Made by a program: the position numbers and the translations under genes. Below the pieces are notes generated by a model, which saw nothing but the letters and a program-made list of their open reading frames with translations, did no database searches and was not told the DNA's origin. This document shows positions 8,178-16,326 of a DNA stretch of 32,000 nt, piece by piece. The DNA comes from Ignicoccus pacificus DSM 13166 (GTDB taxonomy: Archaea; Thermoproteota; Thermoprotei_A; Sulfolobales; Ignicoccaceae). The stretch lies in NCBI GenBank assembly GCA_025340205.1, contig CP006868.1, forward strand, positions 360,001 through 392,000. Reading direction: 5' to 3'. Every line of letters starts with the position of its first letter. Within the stretch, counting starts at the first letter, position 1.

Positions 8178-8627
8178 CTAAGGATCCAACTCTTCTAATT
8201 TATTGAGTAACTTAGAAGCGATCAATGGGGCGTCTTTCAGTAGGTCTTTCGCGTGATCAAAGAGTAACTCATAGCCGATATCAGCGTACGTATGTACCAG
8301 CATGTTCCTAAGGCCAGCTATAGCAGCTAGCTTCTTACCCTCGACCTTGCTCAATATTCCTGCCTCACTTAATATCTTTCCTATTTCAGCATAGGTGTTA
8401 GGTGAAGGTAACCTTACTAATGTTATAACTTGTTCACCTAGGTTAAGCAAGGCTTGAATTGCTACCTCAACTTCTCTTTCGAGTATGGCTTCAAGATCGT
8501 TTTCGAATATTTCGCTTAGTCTTATTTTACTTAGTTTCTCCAGCCTAGCCAATGCTTTCCTTAATCTTTTCGTTCTTTCCAGAGCTCCCGGAGATGGTAA
8601 AGGTAAGAGCGAGCCATCCTCTCCCAA
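8178..8627 (-). CDS. HEPN domain protein (DUF86 type), putative toxin of a HEPN/MNT pair
   Basis: GLRNMLVHTYADI is the R-x4-H HEPN motif in the typical DUF86 context. Overlaps the upstream MNT ORF. The true start is probably internal to the listed ORF. Confidence 0.8.
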   Translation of the reverse strand: MGEDGSLLPLPSPGALERTKRLRKALARLEKLSKIRLSEIFENDLEAILEREVEVAIQALLNLGEQVITLVRLPSPNTYAEIGKILSEAGILSKVEGKKLAAIAGLRNMLVHTYADIGYELLFDHAKDLLKDAPLIASKLLNKLEELDP

Positions 8628-8930
8628 GCAAGCTTAAAATCTAACCATTCGTTGATGCTCATAACATAATCCTCTACGAACTCGTTAATTTCCTTGACGT
8701 ATATTCTAATTCCCTTCATTGCCTCATATCTTAAGCTCGGCGGAGATCTATCATAGATTGAGATGTCAACCTTTTTCTTGAGCAAATTTTCAAGCTCAGC
8801 TATGAGCGTTCCGATTTCGTATACCCTTAGCCTTCTACCAAATTTAATCAGATCCACATCGCTTAAGGCGCGCAGGCCTTCCAAGCCTATCAGCGTTTTT
8901 CTTGAAATACTCGCTTAGCATCTCGACCAT
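8561..8930 (-). pseudogene. minimal nucleotidyltransferase (MNT) that appears degenerate (N-terminal frame break, GS motif missing)
   Basis: ORF 8561-8884 keeps SDVDLIKF and KKVDISIY (NT fold C-terminal half). The expected upstream LFGSxARG is absent. A separate frame starting at ATG 8930 encodes MVEMLSEYFKKNADRLG, a typical MNT N-terminus, and then terminates. Confidence 0.5.
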
Positions 8931-9009
8931 TTCTCTAAGTTTGTTCAAAGTAGAGTACCATGAGGATTTTCAAAGAAGATCCTTTTAATGCGAAAAGCAT
9001 TATTGAAGA

Positions 9010-10260
9010 CTACTGAGCAGTTGCTTGTACCAAGCTCTGGAACTCCTCGGGCTCGATGAAGCAGAGGGGGTCCTCCCCCCAAGGGTCTCCTGTCAGCGCC
9101 CAAGCCCTTCCTCTGCTGCCTCCTCCGCAGACCTCCTTGAAGGGACACCTCCCGCACTTACCCCTCAAGTTCTTGGCTATGTTTAGGAACGGCTGAAGGT
9201 CTGGGTTGTCCTTCCTCAATATCTCTCTCAAGCTCTTCTCTCTGACGTTGCCCAAGGTTACCCAGTCTATGAACTGGCAAGGCTTAACGTCTCCATTAGG
9301 ATAGATGCTTATGCTCTTCCTCCCACAGTCGCCTTGGGCTTGAAGCATGTTGAGGTATTCCTTGAAGTCCTCCTCATCCTTAGCCAGCTTCTTAGCTATG
9401 TAGATACCCATGAAGTTGCCCCTAACTATGAGTATCTCCAGCTTGTCAGCGTACTCCCTAGCGAGATCTATTACGGTATCAGCCATCCACTTGAGCTGCT
9501 CCGGGGTGGGAAGCCAATCCTTTATGTCCTCACCCCTTCCGATTGTGTCTAGCAAGTAGAAGGAGACCCTCTTGATTCCTTGCTCAGCGCTCCACTTGAC
9601 TATGTCCGGCACCTCCTTAACGTTGTACTTAGTTATGGTAGTCCTTATTCCTACGTCCAGTCCCGCTTCTAAGCTGTTCTTTATGCCATCCAAGGTGAGC
9701 TTGAACGCCCCCGGAACTCCCCTGAACTTGTCGTGGTACTGAGGGACTATGGAGTCTATGGAAATTCCAACGTAATCGAACCCATAATCCTTGAGCTTCT
9801 GGGCAACGTCCTTGGTTATCATGGTTCCGTTGGTGCTCAATGAGAGCTTGGGGAATTGAGCCTTAGCCATAGGCTCTATTATCTCCCAGAAGTCCTTCCT
9901 TATTAAGGGCTCTCCTCCAGAGAGGATGACCAAGGGAATCCTCATCTGGACCATTTCCTCGGAGAGCCTCCTGGCCTCCTCCGTGGTGAGCTCCGTTGGA
10001 TCCTGCTGGGCCTTAGCCCTTATGTAACAGTGAAGGCACTTGAGGTTGCACTGGTAAGTTATGTTCCAGAAGACCAAGGGACGGAAGTACTCGGTGAACC
10101 TAGAAGGCTTCTTCTTGTGGTACTCTCCCTTGATCTTTGTGGAGACGGTTCCCCTTCCCACGACCATGGTAGTTACGGGAATCACTCCTGGTACCCAGAT
10201 AGGGGCGTGGGGGACCTTAATTATAGGGCGTATTGAGGGACTAAACCGCCTATCCTTCAA
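9010..10260 (-). CDS. radical SAM enzyme with a C-terminal SPASM-type Cys cluster (AhbD/NirJ/PqqE-like family; function unresolved)
   Basis: CNLKCLHCY is the CxxxCxxC motif. SGGEPL is present. C-terminus has CGRKS...KPCQ...GKCGRCPFKEVCGGGSRGRAW. The listed TTG start at 10260 is doubtful; ATG at 10167 (MVVGRGTV...) is more likely. Confidence 0.85.
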   Translation of the reverse strand: MKDRRFSPSIRPIIKVPHAPIWVPGVIPVTTMVVGRGTVSTKIKGEYHKKKPSRFTEYFRPLVFWNITYQCNLKCLHCYIRAKAQQDPTELTTEEARRLSEEMVQMRIPLVILSGGEPLIRKDFWEIIEPMAKAQFPKLSLSTNGTMITKDVAQKLKDYGFDYVGISIDSIVPQYHDKFRGVPGAFKLTLDGIKNSLEAGLDVGIRTTITKYNVKEVPDIVKWSAEQGIKRVSFYLLDTIGRGEDIKDWLPTPEQLKWMADTVIDLAREYADKLEILIVRGNFMGIYIAKKLAKDEEDFKEYLNMLQAQGDCGRKSISIYPNGDVKPCQFIDWVTLGNVREKSLREILRKDNPDLQPFLNIAKNLRGKCGRCPFKEVCGGGSRGRAWALTGDPWGEDPLCFIEPEEFQSLVQATAQ

Positions 10261-10653
10261 GCCTTTCCTTAATCTTCTCCAGGAGGGCTATGCCTTCCCT
10301 AGCGGTCTTCAAGCAAAGTGCAGAGTCCTCTTCATCGAAGTCTCGCTTCTATGCCCTTCCTAGGTAATAGGCCTCTTCGAGCATTTGAAGGTACGACCTT
10401 TTATTCCTTGAGAACTCGTAGAGCTCTTCGGTATCCATTCCGACCTTGACGAGCTCCTTTATCAGCAATCCGAACAGCTTCCCTAAGTTATGATCTTTTG
10501 TTACCTTACCAAAATACTTAAGCAAAAGTCCTTTCAAGTACAGCTCTAGCGCTTGCTCTGCTGAGGCGCGAGCTAAGTTGTGAAATCGTCCTCTCTTTCC
10601 ACCTCTGCCACTTTCAGGAGCTCGTAGGCCCTTTCGATAAGCCTTTCAGCCAA
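10250..10653 (-). pseudogene. HEPN-domain gene remnant with a frameshift and an in-frame stop
   Basis: Three pieces in two frames: LAERLIERAYELLKVAEVEREDDF / HNLARASAEQALELYLKGLLLKYFGKVTKDHNLGKLFG...EEAYYLGRA* / KRDFDEEDSALCLKTAREGIALLEKIKERLEG*. These align to the intact HEPN at 25433-25852. The frame break is at the A3 run 10583-10585 and the TAG is at 10349-10351. Confidence 0.6.
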
Positions 10654-10917
10654 TTCTTATCACCTTACCCAATCTCTCGTATTCCTTCAACCTAGACTTA
10701 TCAGCAGGGTGAAATTGCAAGGGATAGTTGGGAATAATATTCTCTTCCATTAAGGCCTCGATTACGGAAAGCAGGTATCTGAACTTCGGTCTATACGGAA
10801 ACACCAGCAACAAGTCTACGTCACTCCTAGCGGTGAACTTGCCCTCTGCAACGCTCCCTATTAGGTATACCTCTACCTCAGGATAGACTTTTTAATTATT
10901 TTGATTGTTCTCTTCAT
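10646..10917 (-). pseudogene. nucleotidyltransferase gene with a 1-nt frameshift in a homopolymer
   Basis: MKRTIKIIKK (from ATG 10917) runs into a stop. The next frame reads VYPEVEVYLIGSVAEGKFTARSDVDLLLVF...GKVIRIG* with intact GS and DxD motifs. The break is at the T5 run 10889-10893. Absent from the ORF track. Confidence 0.6.
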
Positions 10918-10942
10918 AACCTTGTTTTTCCATTCTTTTATT

Positions 10943-12073
10943 TTAAGGTAGTTTTGATACACCGCTCTCCCCCTGGAGGCTCGCTTCCTCATTCCTTAGA
11001 GCTCCTCCGCTTTTCGACCTTAGCGACAAAAGCCACGAGGCCACGCTCAGTCCCAAGGAGGATAGTGACAGTATTGGCAGAGTCCAAGGTCCCAAAGCAG
11101 TTATCAAGCTTCCCAAGAACCTTCCTCCATCCGCAGAGGCGTTGAATGTACCTACCCTTCTTCCCACGTCTCCGGTTCTGGCGAGTCCTAGTAAGGAGCT
11201 CCTCCACCAAGCAACTAAAGTCTTGGTGGTGAAGAGGCCTAGGACAGAGAGCCCTCCGCCTAACGGCATTAGCAAGGAGCTTAGAGAGGTGCTCAGTCCT
11301 GGAAGCAGTATCGAGAGGTGACTCTCCATTATGTCTATGAGCTTTTTGTTCAAGAAGTAACTAACGGCCGATCCTACCAAAGCGGCTAGGGCGAGTATTA
11401 TCCCTCCGTAGAGCTTGCCGAACTCCTTCCCAAATATTGCTATCGCAACTTCAGTGTTCACCAGAAGGGTCATGAAGCCCAGCGCTATTCCAGAAAGTAT
11501 CAGAGCTGTCAGAGGTGGAACGAACGTCCTCCTCTTATCCTTTCTTCCCATCTTCTCCTTCTTTGCCTTTCCTTTCTCAAACAACATAATTGCAGACAGA
11601 ATTAACAAGGCTATGGAGCTGGGCAAGAGCGTTCCTTTAGGGAAGGCACCTCCTAGGGCAAAGGCGAAGAACCAGCCGGCGTTAGACGCCAAGAAGTACA
11701 AGGAGGAACCTCTCCCCCTCTTCTCGACTCCCACCTTGCTCATGGTTATCGCTTGAAGGGAGGGCCAAGTGAGGCCAGCGCTGAAGCCGTGAACTATCCT
11801 CAAGGGGAGATAAAGCGTGGAAGGAAGCAAGTAGTAGCCTATCCCGACCCATCCGAGAGTGAAGAGTCCCAAGGAGGTTATTTTGGCTCCGAACTTCTTG
11901 CTCAGCTCTCCTCCCAGGAAGGAGGTGAGTATCCTGCCTAAGGCGAAGGTCGCAGCCAATAAAGCTAGGAAGCTCCAGCCTTGGGAGAGCGTGGAGAAGG
12001 CACTTCCAACCCTCAACAGCCTTGAGGCCGTCGTCCCTAAGAACACTATTATTAATAATGAGTAGAAGTTCAT
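10943..12073 (-). CDS. MFS transporter
   Basis: 376 aa with about 11-12 predicted TM helices, a central basic loop KGKAKKEKMGRKDKRR and MFS-like loop motifs. Confidence 0.85.
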   Translation of the reverse strand: MNFYSLLIIVFLGTTASRLLRVGSAFSTLSQGWSFLALLAATFALGRILTSFLGGELSKKFGAKITSLGLFTLGWVGIGYYLLPSTLYLPLRIVHGFSAGLTWPSLQAITMSKVGVEKRGRGSSLYFLASNAGWFFAFALGGAFPKGTLLPSSIALLILSAIMLFEKGKAKKEKMGRKDKRRTFVPPLTALILSGIALGFMTLLVNTEVAIAIFGKEFGKLYGGIILALAALVGSAVSYFLNKKLIDIMESHLSILLPGLSTSLSSLLMPLGGGLSVLGLFTTKTLVAWWRSSLLGLARTGDVGRRVGTFNASADGGRFLGSLITALGPWTLPILSLSSLGLSVASWLLSLRSKSGGALRNEEASLQGESGVSKLP

Positions 12074-12106
12074 TTCGATACCCCGCGAGATTTCCTCGGA
12101 GGCTTA

Positions 12107-15100
12107 TTGAATGCCTTTTCCCTTAGGAGTAGCGTTAGGAGATTTCATGGAACTGTTCGCGTTCCAGAACGCGACACTGCTCCGCGCCTCAAAAGCGACG
12201 GTTTCGCACCCTCTGTGGGGTCAATGGTGCTGAACGGAAGGTTTAGAAAAGGAGGGATCGCAAACGTACTCTCTCTGGCGGTGCTCATAGTCATACTTAC
12301 TGTAGCGATAGTGCTGCTCATGAACGCCTTAGCTCAACAGAACACCATACTGCAGAGGCAGACTCAAAAGGCCTCTCAGTCAGCGGTAGTCCAAGCGATC
12401 CTGGCGAAGATAGGCGGGTGTGCTGCCAAGGTCTACGACACCTACCAAGGCCAATGGGCAGTAGTCGTCAAGTCGGATGACATCGCCTCGTTCTGCAGGT
12501 ACGTCCAAGCGGTCCAAGTCATAGGAGAGGAGAACGGGGTCAAGTATGCTTACCTAATCAAGAAGGTAGGCAATCAGTGGGTCATAACTTCCCCCGCCGG
12601 AGCTCCCAGCGTGCCGACGGTCTATCCCCTCCAGTGTGGAACTCCCGTTAACATAACCTACAGCCTAGACGGCTCTAGCAAGCCTATTGGAACCATAGAG
12701 GCCGTCATGGAGATCCTGCCTATAGATGAGAACTTCAAGGTTGATAGCGTACAGATACTGATCCAGGGAAGCGGCTGGAAGAACTTGGGCAGCTGCTTCC
12801 TAGCCCAAGGGGGAGGGGTGGTGCAGCAGACCACCATTCAGCAGACCGTCTACAGCATCGGACCAATAACGGTACTAGCAAGCGCCAACTTCAACCCGCT
12901 CAGCTACATCTGCCCTCCAGCTAAGACCGTGGTTGGAGATGAGGACGCTTACACGATAGCAATAGTTCTCAACCCTCAGATGAACGGCAAGAGGAACTAC
13001 GTACCTACAAGCTATCTAATAGACCTCAAGAGCATAATAGAGAAGGCCGCTCCACCGAGCTCCCCTCTAAAGGTCAATGAGAACGACGTGTTCATAAGGA
13101 ACATAACTGTCATAGGGCTAAGGACCATGCCGGGCCTAGGACCTACCAGCTTCGCCACCACCGGCTACTTGCCTTGGAGCTTCACCGCCCTGAACTACAC
13201 CTCCAAGATTCCGGTGTATCAGAGTGACGGAGTGCTGACCTTCAACATGACAGCAGATGCTCCAATGAGTCCCTCAAGCCCTGTTCAGTACAGCGCGGTC
13301 GTCTGTCTGTACCTAGGAATTAAGGGCCAGGTGCCAGCTGACGCCACTGGAGTGCTGGGAGACGTCAACAACGACGGTATTACCGACTGGAAGAAGATAA
13401 ACGTGCCGACGATAAACAGCACTCAGTTCCCGTGCTTCTCACCGATGGGCTACGATGTCTGCTACATACCGGCCACCTTTGGGCACTACAACACTACCAT
13501 TACTGATGCTTATAACGTAACCTTCGCTTACCTGCAGAAGCCCGTCGACAGCACCGTAAGGGTGCCGAAGATAATAATCGATAACCCCAACCCCAAGAGC
13601 TTATACTACTACGTGGTGAGAGTGGAGCTACCGGACAAGCTGAAGGATAAGCCGATAACCATAACTGACATGACGGGAGCCAAGATACCCTTCTGCTACG
13701 AGACCGCCGTTGGGTACTGTACTACTGACTACAAGCAAGGAGACGGCTACGTCTGGGTCAACGTGCCCTACATACCCGCCGGCTCAAGCGTGAGCCTACA
13801 GATACTTGAAGGTGAGAACGGAGCAACCGATCCGCACAGAGTGTTCCCGGTGTACATAAACTTCATGAAGTACAACGTGACTCAAGGAAACGAGACCATA
13901 ATATATGAGCCAGCAATAAACGTGACCGGCTACAAGTACCTGTGGTACTTCCCTGGAAACGCTTGGACATTAGCGGCTGCAGCAGTAGAGGATCCCAACC
14001 ACGTAACCAACTTCGTCTACAATGATCAGAACTTCACCATAGTCACCGACTTCAGGTGGGACGCTGCCCCCAACAACGCGGATAACGACCAAGTTGATTA
14101 CTACTACCAATACAGAACTAGGATATACTACAACTTCTTCCCAATAGCGTATAGCGCCGACCCTAATACAGGCGACGCATGGTTGTTGGGGCTCTACGAG
14201 GGATTGCCATTCTTGGTAATATGGGTGCAAGGAACCCCCTATAAATTCACCGCTCCAGAGGCAGTCATACCCGGAATCAAGTACAGGGTAGTAGCTACTG
14301 TCAAGTTCGTGAATGGAGTACCTCAAGGCACCGTCAGCGTTTACCCGCTCGAACAGGAGAGGGGAGAGAGGCCGCCGATAACCCAAGTGAACTTACCGCA
14401 GTACTGGAACTCTCTTATTGCCAGCTACTATGCTGACAATGTCTTCGCGATCTCTGGAGCCGACTACGGATACAACGTTACTGGAGGAGGCTTTGGATGG
14501 GGTGGCGGAACCACGAGAACTTACTACCTATTCAGCTTCTCCGGAATGATATACAATGTGACGCTGTTCTCCGGCTACATGGACCCACTGCAAGCAATAA
14601 ACTGCTACACCAACTACAACGCTACCATCTGTCCGCCCAGAGTGGCCTACATTATGCCGCCAACTGCCGACTCCTTACCAATAAACCTGAACGGAACGAT
14701 ACTGAACTCCACGATATTCACTCTACAACCAGGTTCGACAGCAACGACGCCCTTCTACGTCCAAACTTACAGCGCGCCGCCGTACCCGTTAGGAGCGGAG
14801 GTAGACTTCTACTTCTTCACGAATAAGACCGTAATAACCAACGGAACAGCGAAGAGCTACTTGATAGATCCGGTAGCCGCTGTCATGTACGGAACACCTA
14901 TGGACAACTTAGGGAACACTTCAAGGGTGATCGACCTAGCAAAGGTCGTGCAGACGTTGCCACACGCCTTCAACCTAACCGGAGATGGAGGATTTGTGCT
15001 CAACAGCACTTGGCTGGGAACGGGTAACAGCTGGAACATAATGCTGCAACCACAAGTACCAAAGGGAACGTACTACGAAGTCAGAAGTGCACTTAATGGA

Positions 15101-16261
15101 GGAAGCTACGGAGAGTACTACAGTACCAACCAGTCTTGGAATGTGATATACTCCTTCGTACCGTCTGTAGTAGCCGACGACTACAGCTGGCTGAAGTGGA
15201 TGCTCTATGAGGGCAGCGACTTAAGCGGAGTTACCACCAACAACTACAGGATATCATTCGTAAGGGACAGCCCCAACTACGATGCTTGGAGAATCTACTT
15301 CTATAGCTTCGGAACTACAATAGCATTCCACTTGACCAACCCGAAGAAGCTCTACTACGTAGTCGCCAAGTACGATCTGAGCAGACCGATGGCTACGTTC
15401 AAAATAAACGAGGGAGGAGCGATTGGAACGCTGTTCTACTACGCTATTGCCGACTTGAGTCAGAGCAACCTAGCGATCTACTACCAGCAGCTTAGACCTC
15501 AAGACGTGAAGTACATAGGAATGAGCTTCCTTGACAGGGACACCGCAGAGACCGTGAACTGGCTCAACCAGACCTTCGGATATCCCAGCGACACTAGAGT
15601 CTACTACTTCATGTTCGTAAGGCCCGTGGCAGAGGTGGAGCCGACAGTAACCATAGAGATGCCAGAGCTGGAGTCCCCGCTCGTAGACCTGCCAATTGTC
15701 TACTGGGTGGGCCACAGCTACTTCACCAACTTAACTAACATAACCCTCGCTCCAGCGAACGTGACCTATCATCTGCTAGGAGAGGACGTGGAGCTCGAGC
15801 CCAGCGTCTACGGAGTCCTAGCAAACCAGACGGTAGGAGCCTTCAGCAACGTGAGCAGCTTCGAGCAGATAAAGGCGGTCGCTCCAATATGGTCAGCCAG
15901 CAGCTACAACCTAACTATGGCCAACTACACACTACCGATAAGTATAGCCAGCAACTGGACGCTCTACGACTGGAATGGAACCGGCGTGGACTTCCAAGCG
16001 CTGCTAGACCCGTGGGGCGACTTCGTGTTCAACTTCAGGAACCTAACGCTGCCGGAGTACTACGTAATAGGACTCAGCAACCCCAACAGCACCATAGCGA
16101 CCTCTCTGATAATAGCTGGAAAGGACGTGAACGGAACGGTAGCGGGTCTGCTGAACGCTGACGACCTCCTAAGCACCGCTCTGAACGACACTGCGATAAT
16201 AGGAATAGACAAGCTGAACTGGTACGTGACGATAAGCGGACCCTACTGTATCAAGTGCTAA
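12107..16261 (+). CDS. giant secreted/surface glycoprotein with a type IV pilin-like (class III) signal peptide and a possible DUF2341/LamG-like region
   Basis: 1384-aa ORF. The likely start is ATG 12224: MVLNGRFRKGG/IANVLSLAVLIVILTVAIVLL, a basic segment then G then a hydrophobic helix, as in archaeal prepilins. About three dozen N-x-S/T sequons by hand count. Rich in Y, N, T and W. The segment YYVVRVELP..ITITDMTGAKIPFCYE..GDGYVWVNVPYIPAGSSVSLQI resembles DUF2341. Contains one dockerin/EF-like loop, GDVNNDGITDW. Confidence 0.85.
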   Translation: MNAFSLRSSVRRFHGTVRVPERDTAPRLKSDGFAPSVGSMVLNGRFRKGGIANVLSLAVLIVILTVAIVLLMNALAQQNTILQRQTQKASQSAVVQAILAKIGGCAAKVYDTYQGQWAVVVKSDDIASFCRYVQAVQVIGEENGVKYAYLIKKVGNQWVITSPAGAPSVPTVYPLQCGTPVNITYSLDGSSKPIGTIEAVMEILPIDENFKVDSVQILIQGSGWKNLGSCFLAQGGGVVQQTTIQQTVYSIGPITVLASANFNPLSYICPPAKTVVGDEDAYTIAIVLNPQMNGKRNYVPTSYLIDLKSIIEKAAPPSSPLKVNENDVFIRNITVIGLRTMPGLGPTSFATTGYLPWSFTALNYTSKIPVYQSDGVLTFNMTADAPMSPSSPVQYSAVVCLYLGIKGQVPADATGVLGDVNNDGITDWKKINVPTINSTQFPCFSPMGYDVCYIPATFGHYNTTITDAYNVTFAYLQKPVDSTVRVPKIIIDNPNPKSLYYYVVRVELPDKLKDKPITITDMTGAKIPFCYETAVGYCTTDYKQGDGYVWVNVPYIPAGSSVSLQILEGENGATDPHRVFPVYINFMKYNVTQGNETIIYEPAINVTGYKYLWYFPGNAWTLAAAAVEDPNHVTNFVYNDQNFTIVTDFRWDAAPNNADNDQVDYYYQYRTRIYYNFFPIAYSADPNTGDAWLLGLYEGLPFLVIWVQGTPYKFTAPEAVIPGIKYRVVATVKFVNGVPQGTVSVYPLEQERGERPPITQVNLPQYWNSLIASYYADNVFAISGADYGYNVTGGGFGWGGGTTRTYYLFSFSGMIYNVTLFSGYMDPLQAINCYTNYNATICPPRVAYIMPPTADSLPINLNGTILNSTIFTLQPGSTATTPFYVQTYSAPPYPLGAEVDFYFFTNKTVITNGTAKSYLIDPVAAVMYGTPMDNLGNTSRVIDLAKVVQTLPHAFNLTGDGGFVLNSTWLGTGNSWNIMLQPQVPKGTYYEVRSALNGGSYGEYYSTNQSWNVIYSFVPSVVADDYSWLKWMLYEGSDLSGVTTNNYRISFVRDSPNYDAWRIYFYSFGTTIAFHLTNPKKLYYVVAKYDLSRPMATFKINEGGAIGTLFYYAIADLSQSNLAIYYQQLRPQDVKYIGMSFLDRDTAETVNWLNQTFGYPSDTRVYYFMFVRPVAEVEPTVTIEMPELESPLVDLPIVYWVGHSYFTNLTNITLAPANVTYHLLGEDVELEPSVYGVLANQTVGAFSNVSSFEQIKAVAPIWSASSYNLTMANYTLPISIASNWTLYDWNGTGVDFQALLDPWGDFVFNFRNLTLPEYYVIGLSNPNSTIATSLIIAGKDVNGTVAGLLNADDLLSTALNDTAIIGIDKLNWYVTISGPYCIKC
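12157..12174. promoter_or_regulatory. perfect palindrome TCGCGTTC-CA-GAACGCGA in the divergent MFS / giant-protein intergenic region
   Basis: 8+2+8 dyad read directly. It lies about 50 nt upstream of the probable ATG at 12224. Confidence 0.3.
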
Positions 16262-16285
16262 AACGTTACCTTTGAAAGCTCCCTA

Positions 16286-16296
16286 CATTTTTATCT
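16286..16296 (+). promoter_or_regulatory. T-rich/TATA-like element (CATTTTTATCT), either the terminator of the giant gene or the promoter of the next gene
   Basis: T5 run 25 nt after the stop at 16261 and about 35 nt before the TTG at 16327. Confidence 0.3.
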
Positions 16297-16326
16297 ATTC
16301 TCCCTTTCCTTCATCTGGGTCATATC

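Noticed and set aside
8945-9157. 70-aa minus-strand ORF
   Set aside because: An alternative frame over the C-terminus of the radical SAM/SPASM gene, with an R/G/P-rich translation.
9010-10260. Radical SAM/SPASM enzyme as a RiPP maturase with a nearby precursor peptide
   Set aside because: No plausible small precursor ORF lies on either side; the flanks are a HEPN remnant and an MNT remnant. The SPASM region resembles AhbD/NirJ-type enzymes just as well.
13970-16161. ORFs 13970-14386 (-), 14497-14826 (+), 14857-15039 (-), 15470-15715 (-), 15889-16161 (+)
   Set aside because: Shadow or alternate-frame ORFs inside the 1384-aa gene, with low-complexity or biased translations.
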